Origin: Octopus vulgaris
Taxonomy: Eukaryota
Direction of reading: 5' to 3'
NCBI GenBank assembly: GCA_951406725.2
Contig: OX597837.1
Span: forward strand, 34,720,001 to 34,784,000
DNA length: 64,000 nucleotides
Position 1 is the stretch's first letter; every line of letters begins with the position of its first letter. Below, in pieces: positions 52,301 through 64,000 of this stretch. Made by a program: the position numbers and the translations under genes. The notes under the pieces were generated by a model. It ran no database searches, was not told where the DNA came from, and saw only the letters and a program-made list of their open reading frames with translations.

Positions 52301-53323
52301 TTAAGCTCTGAGTTTAAATCTTGCTGAGGTACTCTGACTTGGTTCAATAAATAGCAGCCTAGCTACTTTGTCTTTCACAGACCTGACACAGTTCCAGTCC
52401 AGGGCAGTGGATGGCCAAAGGATCCTCACAGATTGGGACACTCAACAGAATGCCTTGCAGTATTTGCCAAGCTGTCACTTTAAGTCTCCCTGAAGTTAAT
52501 TCTGACTTCCAGAAGGTCAATCTAGTACTAGTCTAGATATTCTATCTTTCAGGGATCAATGCCAGTACCAGTCTGGGCAGTGGATTGACCAAGTATCCTT
52601 GTGGATTAGAGTATCCAACAGATTATCTCAGAGTATTTGTTCCTGCTTTTCGCATTCTAAAAGCAACACGTGTGATGACACTGGTGCCAAGCTGTAGCAG
52701 GTCCAGCCATTCCATTCAGCAATATTAGTGGCATGGAGATGTGAGACTCACAAACATGACCATTTACTGGTCCTCTATTTTAGGTTATATCGTAATACGT
52801 TCATCACTAATTTGGTAAGTATGATGAAAGTTATGCTTCACTGATGAGGTCAGAATAAGTTCAAAATATGTTTGAAGTTGTCCCTCTGTACTAGTTAAAA
52901 TTATGAAAATATCTTTAGTTCTTGACTAATACTAGTTTTTTTTTCCCTTTCAGGTTAATTACTTATAGTTAACTTTTTAATGTTCTCTGCATTAAATATA
53001 TTAGCATTAAATTATCTGTCTACTGATTTCCCTGTTTGAATGTCAAAGTCAATATTTATTTCTAATTAACATAATTAATGCAAGGAGCATTCAAAAGCTA
53101 ACACTGACCTAATTATTTCCTACTTGTTCTACTAAGCACATATCACCAAATGATTGTGTTTAATCATATCTCTATCTATCGTATTTATCTATCTATCCAC
53201 TAACACACACACACAGATAGATATATAGATAGATATAAATACAAGAGAGGAAGAGGACAAGAGAAAGAGTGAGTGAGAGAGCTAGTTAGCCAGTTATTTA
53301 TCCTTGTGTAGTCATGTGTTAAC

Positions 53324-53356
<33 letters not shown>

Positions 53357-54692
53357 GCTATCAATGGATAGATAGATATCTAAATAGTAATTTGCATCAA
53401 TTCAGTATGCTACAATTTTTATCAATCAAATCTGATTATTTGGCTATCAATCAATGTATGTCTCTATGTACGCATGTATGTATGTGCGCATGTATGTATG
53501 TACGCATGTATCTATCTATCTATCTAATTATCTATCTATATATCTATCTATCTAGTTATTAATCTTGCTATCTGTCTATGTACCTATTTAATGTTATATA
53601 GCACTATGTATTCATATCTACCTAAATATTTCTATCTCATTCTTTATTTCTCTCTCTCTCTCTCCTCTCTCTCTCTACCTCTCTCTCTCTCCCTCACTTT
53701 CTCTTTCACTGGTGATGGAGGCATGGGTAAGTACAAAACATGCCACTGGATTATTTTGTAATGAAAACCAATTTAATTTGCAAAAGTAATTTATCACATG
53801 GAAGAGAGGAGAGAAGGAAAAAAAAAAAAAAAAAACAGAAAACGAAAAAAATTGCCAAAAGAAAACATACATACAAAATAACAAAACAACAACAACAACT
53901 ACTACAATAAAAGAGAAAGAATATAAAACAATCACTGTAATTTAATTGTGTTTTCATTTAAGTAAAAGGAAACGAAACAAAATAATAGAGTTTGTGTATG
54001 TTCTAAGATGGCCACCAATGCTTAAAAAGACAACACAACAACAGGGCAGAAATAACTAGCAAGAACAACATCAGCAACACCACCGACAACAACAAGGATG
54101 ACAACAATAATAACTCGATGAAATTTAATATCTGAACACTTAATATTTTTCAAGATGATATTTACTCCTCAACAAACTCATTCCATTAGAATTGGAAAAA
54201 AAAAATATATATATAAATAGAAAAAAAAAAAAATTATTAGAAATATATGAAATAATATTCAAAAGATCCTGAACAGCAATTGCCAAAGCTACATCAGCAG
54301 CAACACATGATGGAAGACTTGCAGGCAGTTTTCAAGATGGCTGCTTTAAAGAACACATGATGGCTTCACTAACCACATGTGATTTTGTCGAACCTTCAGT
54401 TATGTTCATAGTGGTGATGGTTGTTGTCATCGTTGCAGCTGTTGTTACTGTTAAAACCCAGTTCAGTTCTGATCCCCAAAACTGTTCAAACTGCGAACAT
54501 GCCATTTAACCCTTTAGCATTTAAACCGGCCGTATCCGGCCAAAAGTATTTCGCCTGTTTTATGTTCAAACTGGCCAGATCTGGTCTCTCACACCAACCC
54601 TACAATATCGTTTTAAAAATTAACAGTTACTTCATCAAAATCTCAATGCTATGAGATAATGCATGATTAGTTCAAATAGTTCAAAACAATAT

Positions 54693-54932
54693 AGGCGCAG
54701 GAGTGGCTGTGTGGTAAGTAGCTTGCTAACCAACCACATGGTTCCAGGTTCAGTCCCACTGCGTGGTATCTTGGGCAAATGTCTTCTACTATAGCCCTGG
54801 GCCGACCAATGCCTTGTGAGTGGATTTGGTAGACGGAAACTGAAAGAAGCCTGTCATATATATGTATATATATGTATATGTGTATGTGTTTGTGTGTCTG
54901 TGTTTGTCCCCCTAGCATTGCTTGACAACCGA
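54693..54932 (+). mobile_element. SINE family A, 3'-truncated (further head-only pieces at ~7230-7380, 29346-29510, 40262-40410, 42920-43078)
   Basis: Intact head and CORE; ends after gcttgacaaccgat. Confidence 0.85.
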
Positions 54933-55244
54933 TATATATAATTTGCTGGATAATATTATGAAAATATTGCAAGGAATTTAAACTACTACATATAATTAAT
55001 GAGTGTTACTGGACATTACAAGTCAGGATGGGCAGCTTTTGATGTGCACAACAAAAGCATATTATATGAGAGAAGTGAAATAAAAGGAGAGAGAACAACC
55101 TGCAGAGACAAACAACCTAGACTGCCTGAGACAGCTAGTGTCCCTCTGGTTAGTTGAATTTGTCAGTGCTTTTACGGAAAACTCAAAACAAGAGACATTC
55201 TTCATTGTGACAGGCATTTACACACACGTGTGTATATGTATATA

Positions 55245-55435
55245 TGTGACCGCGTGTGTACCGTTGGCGATTTTATTTTCCTCTGTCTTCCCTTCTCTGG
55301 ATCTTTCCTTCTATGTTTCCGACGAAGAGCTCCGCTCGAAATGTTAAACCCTCCTTCTTTCCTGAGCGTCCAATAATACTATATTTGTTCCACGTCCTCG
55401 CGTTGTAGTGTCTTTTTGTGCTTTCTTGTTTGGAT

Positions 55436-55440
<5 letters not shown>
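55245..55440 (+). mobile_element. Penelope-like terminal-repeat remnant with a degenerate hammerhead motif
   Basis: CCGACGA-A-GAGC-tcc-GCTC-GAAA-TGTTA at 55319-55346. Confidence 0.5.
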
Positions 55441-55470
<30 letters not shown>

Positions 55471-57428
55471 GTGTGTGTGTGTGTGTGAAGGTGCATGCTT
55501 AGTGGTTAGGCTGTTGCACTCACGATTGCAAGATCGTGGGTTGATACCCAGACTGGGCATTGTGTTGTGTTCTTGAGCAAAGCACTTCATTTCACATTGC
55601 TCTGTGATCATTTTATCATTTGACATGTGGCACACAGTACACCTGTACAGGTAATGTCAGTTTGATGGAGAGAGTGAGCTTATGTGTACACAAACATTTG
55701 ATCACTATAAACAAACCATCTGCTGCATGGTTGTTCAGCAAGAAATAGCCAAACCCTCATAAGTTGCTTAATGACAGGAGAGTCCATGATACATATATAT
55801 ATATATTAATAAATTTTAGGGTAGCAAAAAATTCTCAAAAAATTCTCCGCTACCAGCGGTCAAGTGAGAAAAGAAAAAATAATCAATAGACTATGTAATA
55901 TACATTCAAACGTATAAGGGATGGCCATAATAGGACATCCGACTCACTAGAAAGAGCACTATTAGTGGTTTGGAGTTTGACTGCTCTTTCTAGTGAGTCA
56001 GATGTCCTATTATGGCCATCCCTTATATGTTTGAATTATATACATATATCATGTGATCACATGATTGACCAGACTATCAGATGCTGTTATACATCGCTGG
56101 TCACAAGCACTTTGTATCTTTTTAGCTTTCGAATGATGCCACCCCACTGGCTAGGCAAGCAGGCCAACATACCCCCGAATCTAAAGTTAGTCCTTCACAG
56201 GATTACCTATTCATAGCTGAGTGGACTGGAGCAATGTGAAAGTGTTTTGCTCAAGAATCAAACTCACAATCACTAGATTGTGAGCATAACACCCTAACCC
56301 CTACGCCACACATGTACACACACAATGGGCTTTTATCAGTTTCCCCATTGAGTAGTTATGTCATTAGTGAGAAGAATTGTCCCTTGTAGTGGTACCAGTT
56401 TTTCCAGATATTACAGAAAAAGAGAATTTCTTTAATAACAGATCTAAAAATAATGTTTCTTTTATAACAGGAGACTTATCAAGGTTGTCTGTGGAAGACC
56501 TAACAGTCTTCTCATTCCACACTCCTGATTTTGTCCAAGGGAAAAAGGAAAGGCCATTACAGACACCGCAACTCATTTCTACAACTGGGTGAACTGGAAC
56601 AACATGAAATAAAGTATCTTGCTCAAGAACGCAATGTACAGCCTGGTCCGGGAATCAAACTCACAGCCTCATAACTGTGAACCTGATGCTCGGACCACTG
56701 AGCTGTGTGCTTTCACTATTTCAACAGCAAAAGTCTAACAAAATGGTTAAGATCAAAAGATACTGCAGCAGTTTGTCCCTTTGGTCAGCATGTTCAGAAT
56801 ATCAATAACAATTCATGAGTGACCGTTTCAAAGCCTTGTTGCATAAAGTTTTATTACACAAATGACACATAGGTAACTGGCCATTCTGACGAGAAGCAAA
56901 AACTCATAATAAAGATAAATAATCAATGGCGTATTGCCAACAAATTTTCTTAACTGGAGACATTGTGATATTTGAAATCATACAATAATCAATGAAAATA
57001 ACTGGAACTATAGATTATAACATTTTTTTTTTTTAATTGTCTGTACATTCAACAGCCAATTAAGCTATCCATAATTAATATAAATACACCAGTGTATTTA
57101 TATATAAATTTGTTGTCTGTAACTTTGGAATATAATGAAACAGTAGAGAGAGAGAGAGAGAGAGAGAGGAGGATTGAAAAGGGGACGATGGAGTGTGACA
57201 GGTGGAGGGGAGTCGAGAGATAGAGTGTGGCGAAGAGAGACAATAAGACAGACACACGGCACTTTAGAAAGTGATTGAAAATTGATGAAAATACTTGGAA
57301 AGTACCAATATGAAAGCGAAACAATATTTGAGACAGTGAAAGAAGTGTGTGTGCGTGTATGTGTGTGTGTGTGCGTGTATGTGTGTGCGTGTATGTGTGT
57401 GTGTGCGTGCATGTATGTGTGTGTGTGT

Positions 57429-57466
<38 letters not shown>

Positions 57467-57988
57467 ATGTATGTGTGTGTGTGTGTGCGTGTATGTGTGT
57501 GTGTGTGCGTGTATGTGTGTGTGTGCGTGTATGTGTGTGTGTGTGCGTGTATGTGTGTGTGTGTGCGTGTATGTATGTGTGTGCGTGTGTGCGTGTATGT
57601 GTATGTGTGTGCGTGCGTGTATGTGTGTGTGTGTGCATGCGCGTGCACACACACACAAACGCAATAAAGAAGTGAAGCAATAATAATAACAAGTATAACA
57701 AAAATTATCAGACAAACAGACAGAGAGAAGCGAAATCTAATATATAGAAGGCAAGTCTGAAATAGAAATAAAGATAAATCTTTCACTTTAAGATCACAAA
57801 GTGAAAGAAGAACATCCAACTGTATTCTGCAATGCCAGTAGATTTCCATGAGCAGAATGAAAGAGAAATATCACACCGAGAGTAGATGAGATGAGATGCT
57901 CTCTTTCCAACTTATCGCCAGGAATTATGATGGAGAAATGATGAAGACAACACATTCATGCAATTTTTGATCTGTATAAGACATTAGT

Positions 57989-58307
57989 TGAGAGAGCACA
58001 TCAGTGGCAAGGTCATCAGACAGAAGTCCGGCGTGTGGGATGTCATTGTAGAATATACACGCAGCAAGTTTAGATGGGCTGGACACGTCCCCCAGCTCAC
58101 CGGTAATCAGTGGACCCGCACAGTTGTCGAGCGGTACCCGCGCGAGCGGAAACGACCACTCGGAAGGTCTCCACGACAGTGGAGTTACGATTTTAGGAGG
58201 GCGAATGGGATCATGTGGGTGAGGATGGTGCGATCCAGAGAGGAGTGGACAGCATGTTGTGACCAGCGATGTCAAATGCACGCCCGACGGACTGGTCGGT
58301 CAAGGTG
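57989..58307 (+). mobile_element. RTE-like LINE 3' fragment with 13-bp TSD
   Basis: KFRWAGHV..NQWT..YPRERKRPLGRSPRQW..SREEW; ATAAGACATTAGT at 57976-57988 and 58308-58320. Confidence 0.9.
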
Positions 58308-60105
58308 ATAAGACATTAGTACCCTACAAATTAAATGTTGTTGCTTTCAAATTTCACTAATAAGGTGTGTAGCCTACTGGTTAGGGTGCTGCTCTCACAA
58401 TTTTTAAGGATGTGGTCTTGGTTCCCAGAGCAGCAGTCTGTTGTTTTTCTTGGGTAAAACACTTCATTTCATGTTGCTCCAGTCCACTCAGCTGTAAATG
58501 GGTCACCCTGTGATGGACTGATATTTTAGTCAGAGAGAATGTTAGCTTGCCAACCTAGCCAGTGGGGGTGACATCATTTGGAAGCTACAACAATGCAAAA
58601 GAAGTACATCTGATAATCTGGATGACAGAGTGAAAGTGATTTTACTAATGAATCATTCCCACATTCATCTTTTACAATAAATCATTTTGTATTAAAAATA
58701 CAAAAATCCTTGGACTTTTTGCAAGAAATCAATCAGACTTTATCCATTAAACAAGTACACCACATAATGTTTTCTTTCATTTCATTGGCGTTTTAAACTG
58801 ATCTACTTTTCACTTTTTCACTTTGTGATCTTAAACTGAAAGATTACCAAATCAAACATATATTCTTTTCTACTCTAGGCACAAGGCCCGAAATTTGTGG
58901 GGGAGGAGCAAGCCAGTCGATTAGATCAATCCTGGTACGCAACTGGTACTTAATTTATCAACCCTGAAAGGATGAAAGGCAAAGTCAACCTTGGCGGAAT
59001 TTGAACTCAGAACGTAAAGATAGATTAAATACCACTAAACATTTTGCCCGGCGAGCTAACATTTCTGCCAGCTCTCCGCCTTCAAATCAAACATACATTA
59101 TCCAGCAAAAGAACAAAGAAAGAGCACACATCCCAGAGCAACAGACAAATAATATCAAGGACGTAATAAAATATCTTTGCCATACACCAACATTTTTCAA
59201 GGCACAGGATACACAAGTATCCTTTATTAATAACTATGAGGCCATTATTCACTCAAGCATGGACCTTTTAAACCCCTGTAACTTATGTTATTATACATTT
59301 TCTGTTTTTTTTAATTGTTCTCAGATTTTTGTTTTCTGAACATCACAGATTCTCCTATATCCAAATAAAGAAATTCTAAAAAGATTTTAAATTTCTTGAA
59401 ATTGCTTTCTTGTCTTTAGTTTTATCTTTTTAATTTTGTTTTAAATTAAAAAAGTGATACAAAATTTACTGTGTGGTGCAGCCACAGTAGTATTTTTTTG
59501 TTTGTTGTTATTTGAAGTGCCTAAATATACTGTGTTTGCATTTGTAAGATAGTAATATATTTTATAATGAAAATATTGTTTCATTTTCTGAGAATGCATC
59601 GCTGTCATTTTATTAACAGTGAAAATGATTCTATGAATGCAAACAAAACATGTTTATACACTTCAAAATCTAAACAAAAGACTGCAGCTGAAAATTACAT
59701 CCAATCTTGTCACTTTCTGATTTGAAAAGAAAAAAGAAAAAAAAAGAATTTCAATAATAAAAAAATGAAATTTATGAAAAAACTGATTTTCTTATAGAAA
59801 TTTTCCTGTTTGGGTATTATAAATCAGTGATGTTTCAAACAAAAATTCAAATATCTCTTCATTTCCAGGGCTTCAAGGAACCCAAAAGTGTTTTAAGATG
59901 AAGCTACCTACCTTGAAATGAAAATTCCATTCTTAAAAACCAAGATAATTTTGCCATTTTTTTTTTTTTACTTTTTGCTTCTTTAAGCAAAAAAAGGAAA
60001 AAGTTTCAAGAAAGCAAAAAAAAAAAAAACCCCAAAAAACTTTATTTTATTTTGTTGATATGTGTCATATTGTTTGTCTAAATAAAACAATAAATCTTAT
60101 TTTTG

Positions 60106-60490
60106 AAATATGCTGAGAGCTGTTGGAGCTATGCTAAAGCAATGGGTGGCAAGTAAGGTGTGATCCCATTGAGGTGGGATGCAGAAGGTTTGCAGGCCAG
60201 TCCTTCTACAGAGCCTACAAAATGATGGGCCTCACAGGAGCCAGTAGGCTGAGGACCATCAAATTGGCTGTAGAAGTAGCAGAGGTTGTCTAAAAGTGGG
60301 CTGTGGATCAGGAGGTAGGGGCCTTGGAGCAGACAGTGCTACTAGATATCATACCAACTAGACAGAAGGTGGGGCTTGATCAACCCATGATGGGTCACAT
60401 GAGAGAAGGAGTCTAAATGCAGAAATACCTGAAACACTCCATGACACTAGGAAACATCACTGATGATATGTACAGGTGCATCACAAGATG
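60106..60490 (+). mobile_element. Decayed HERO-like RLE non-LTR retrotransposon 3' end
   Basis: KYAE..C*SNGWQVRCDPIEVGCRRFAGQSFYRAYKMMGLTGASR..AVEVAE..WLWIRR with frameshifts (PxEVGCRGF motif). Confidence 0.7.
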
Positions 60491-61624
60491 TGATCTGGAA
60501 AAAACTTATGTGTTGTATCTTCCGCAAGATCCTATTATATCCAAAATTGGGACAAAATTAAATGTGATGGAGAGGGACAAAATTTGTAGAAAAGTTGCTA
60601 TGTACTTTTATTACTTGTTAACCGCTTGAACCACAAACCACATTCGCAATTAATATTTGCCAAATTTGGGAATACAACAGTCATGCTTTGCTCGAGTTAA
60701 TTATAAAAGTACAAAAAAATGCTGTCTGTACAATACAGATCTCTGAAAGCATTGATGTCTTGTGACACAAACTTTTTAACTTTCATTGTGTGCTGGGAAA
60801 AAGATAATACTGCAAAATACTTTTAGATTAATTAATGGAATTCTCCTTCAAGGTAAATAGTTTCATTTTAAAATTCTTTCAGTTTCACACTGAAATGGAA
60901 ATGAAAATGTGCCAAAATATGATAACTATTTTTCAAAAAATGCACAGTATAAAAACAAATGTTACAGAAGTTTAAATAAAAGCCATGCTTCAGCAAATAC
61001 CTATTCAACCCTGAAAGAAAAAAGGCATGATTAACGCTGCCCAACTGTCTATGGTAGGGTTTGAAGTTGAATCTGAAGGACCACATGTTCTTGTCCATCT
61101 TCTATTGTAATTCCAGCCCCACTACGATACTTTACAGGAATATAAACTTGATCCTAGTATGTAACTGGTAATTTATTTTAGCAACCCGGTTGGATGAAAT
61201 CAAAGTTAACCTAGGCAAGATTTGAACTCAGAACGTAAAGAGTTGTAGCTAAATACTACAAAGTATTTTGTCCGATGCTTTAATGATTCCATCCAATTTG
61301 TGAAGTATAAAGCCTAATCAAAACTTACAATGAAATATGAGGACAACCATGTTTCAAGCAGTGACAGAACAAGAACAGTGGACATCATGTTTGGGTAAGA
61401 CCCCAATGGCAGAAGTAAATTTGGTCAGCTGCCTTTGTGCCATTGTCCAGTTCAGATATAGCTGAATAACAGCAAAAAAGCCACAACTCAAACCCCAAAA
61501 GGAGCTATGTGGTTTATCAGACCAGGAGAAAAAGTAGTCAAAATTCCACACAAAAATCACACCCTATTATCTTAAGAAACCCAAAGACACATTGAATAAT
61601 GGAGTTCTAGGTATTCTTATTCCT

Positions 61625-61935
61625 AACTCTTTGATTCCATGTGGAGTGGATGGTGTCAACAAGAGATCTCCATCTGTCACAATCTTTGGTAATGGATTTT
61701 AGCTGACTCAGGTGTAGCAGGGGGCTACACCTGAGTCAGCTAAAATCCATTACCAGTGTTATGGTTTCTGAGGACCTTCTTCATGTTTTTGATCTTCTGT
61801 ACTTTCACTTCCCCATTTGAGGGCTTGCCATGTAATGTTGGAAACAGGTTTCCATAGGCTGTGTCCCAGCCAACCCCATTTTCTCCTCTTGAGTTGGGAT
61901 TTGTTAGGCTTCTTGTTCATCTGTTCCTACAAAAC
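61625..61935 (-). mobile_element. Decayed RTE LINE 3' remnant
   Basis: Minus frame WLGHSLWKPVSNITWQALKW and later D..RWRSLVD. Confidence 0.6.
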
Positions 61936-62454
61936 TTATTCCTTTGCTGGGGCATTGCTTCATAGGGCATTGACCCCCATGCCCACCTCATATTGGCAGG
62001 TAAATGATATGGTTACAGCTGGAATATCTTTGGACATGTCTGTTCTATCAAGGCTGGGACTGGGTTAACTTAACAAGACAAGACAAATATAATATCTGAG
62101 AAAAGCAAAGTTGTGATTCTCAAGATGGCAGCATGAACCAACAACAACAACAACAACAACAACAACCTTAATAACTTAATAGAAGTGAAGCGCTTGCTGG
62201 TTATCTTGACAATAGCATGTTTCTGTGTAGGCAGAATGAAACATCTAATAATAACAAGACAGCAGCAACAAGGATAATGACATCAACATCAGTGTGGTTG
62301 GTTGGTGGTCAAAGAGGGGGGGTGAGAGGGGGGAGAAAAGGGGACGAGAGAGAGATGGGGGTGGGGAGATAGGTTGTAGGTGTTTGTGTTCAAGATGGTG
62401 GCTGTAGCTGGATGCCACACCTTCAACTAGCTAGAAGTGATGGAGAGGAGACAG

Positions 62455-62645
62455 TGAAGAAGAAGAAGGTGAAGAAGAAGAAGAAGAAGAAGAAGAAGAA
62501 GAAGAAGAAGAAGAAGAAGAAGAAGAAGAAGAAGAAGGTGGTGAAGAAGAAGAAGGTGGTGAAGAAGAAGAAGGTGAAGAAGAAGAAAAAGGTGAAGAAG
62601 AAGAAAAAGGTGAAGAAGAAGAAGAAGAAGAAGAAGAAGAAGAAA
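62455..62645. repeat. (GAA)n microsatellite with GGT interruptions
   Basis: Direct inspection. Confidence 0.97.
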
Positions 62646-62903
62646 AGAACTGGAAAGACACAAAAAGTAAAAACCAAAGGAAAAAGTGGGTGGGAAAAAA
62701 AACGTGAAGAAGAAGAAGAAGAAGAACAGAAAAGCGTGTAAAGAAAAGAAAAGGGAGAGAAAATAAAATCAGAAGAGTAAAGAAAACAAGACAAAAAGAA
62801 AAGAAAGGATATTAAGGAATGGTAAGAAAAAAGAAAATGAAAGAGAAAAAGAAATAAAGAAAGGCGAAAAGGAAAAACAGGGAAAGAGGCAATACAGTTT
62901 GCT

Positions 62904-62940
<37 letters not shown>

Positions 62941-62999
62941 CATTATTATTATTGTTATTACCATAATCATATAAGATGTCCTCTTTCCTCATTTTCTCA

Positions 63000-63525
63000 C
63001 ACATCTACATACATACATAACACACACACATACATCACACTCACACACACATCACACACACACATACATCACACACACATACATCACACACACATACATC
63101 ACACACATACATACATACATCACACACACATACATCACACACACATACATCACACACACACATACATAACACACACATACATCACACACACATACATCAC
63201 ACACACACATACATCACACACACATATACATCACACACACATACATCACACACACACATCACACACACACATACATCACACACACACACATACACACACA
63301 CACACATACATCACACACACACATACATCACACACACACATACATCACACACACATACATCACACACACACATACATCACACACACACATACATCACACA
63401 CACACATACATCACACACACATACATCACACACACACATACATCACACACACACATACATCACACACACACATACATCACACACACATACATCACACACA
63501 TACATCTCTCACACACACACACACC
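63000..63525. repeat. (CATACATCACACA)n-like minisatellite
   Basis: Direct inspection. Confidence 0.95.
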
Positions 63526-64000
63526 ATGTATATACATACACTGTAGATAATGTGTCAAGAAAGTTGAGCAGAAGCAATGCAGTTGATATTTTGAAAATGT
63601 CTTTCGCATAGACAGAACTGTACGACAACGACGACAACAACAACAACTGAAACAGTCGCAGCAGCAGCAACAACAACAACAATAACAACAACAACAACAT
63701 GAACAAGAACCCTAATAACTGAACAAGAAGTGCTGCATTTGATATTTTCAAACTGACTACTTTTAACGAAAGGATATCTCACTCGGACAGAACAGTACAA
63801 CAACGACCACAACAAGAACAACAACAACCCTAGTAATGAAATAAAAAGTGCTGCATTTGATATTTCCTAAATAGCTGCGTAAAAGATATCTCATACAGAT
63901 GGTAATATACTTGCACCAACACCACTGCCACCACCATCACCACCACCAAGAAGGAGCCTTTACAATACTTGCACCTGATCCGCTAGAAGTAGTGGGTGAT

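Larger units (their letters stand above)
49380..52990 (+). ncRNA. Candidate spliced non-coding/UTR transcript (exons 49380-49429, 49559-49725, 52784-52814, 52954-?)
   Basis: Paired canonical splice signals: ttttccag|..AAG|gtttgt; ttctatag|..AAG|gtaagc; tattttag|..TTG|gtaagt; actaat + T/C tract + cag at 52953. Exon 49559-49725 has stops in all three frames. Confidence 0.35.

Noticed and set aside
52821-52900. Intronic C/D snoRNA (ATGATGA...CTGA)
   Set aside because: No terminal D box or closing stem, it lies too close to the donor, and the core matches a dispersed hammerhead-like repeat.
62412-63004. Poly-Lys and poly-Phe ORFs
   Set aside because: (GAA)n repeat.

Overview
Eukaryotic, AT-rich, very microsatellite-dense animal DNA. 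The repeat families look like an octopod cephalopod genome (inference from SINE recognition; not verified by search). Almost all long ORFs in the supplied track are translations of (TA)n/(TG)n/(CA)n/(AAT)n/(GAA)n repeats and are not genes. The window is mostly intronic or intergenic. It holds dozens of SINE copies from five families, labelled here A, B, C, E and F (A, E and F have clear tRNA-like heads; A and F carry CORE-like motifs); LINE remnants of CR1, RTE-like, R4/Dong-like and HERO-like type; two decayed mariner elements; four non-autonomous Helitrons; and TTAA-type and 8-bp-TSD MITEs. One convincing minus-strand coding exon (32392-32531) has a phase-compatible candidate terminal exon at 24121, and a chain of plus-strand splice signals (45.6-53.7 kb) suggests a possible non-coding transcript. 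The most notable observations are: a SINE and LINE sharing a 3' stem-loop; a TSD-flanked template-switch chimera of two SINE families; a SINE with a variable array of ~62-68 bp modules; insertions flanked by unusually long (65-87 bp) duplications; several 24-30 nt copies of unique sequence placed 0.4-4.5 kb away; perfect fold-back palindromes; and hammerhead-like motifs. No complete novel protein-coding system can be supported from the sequence alone.
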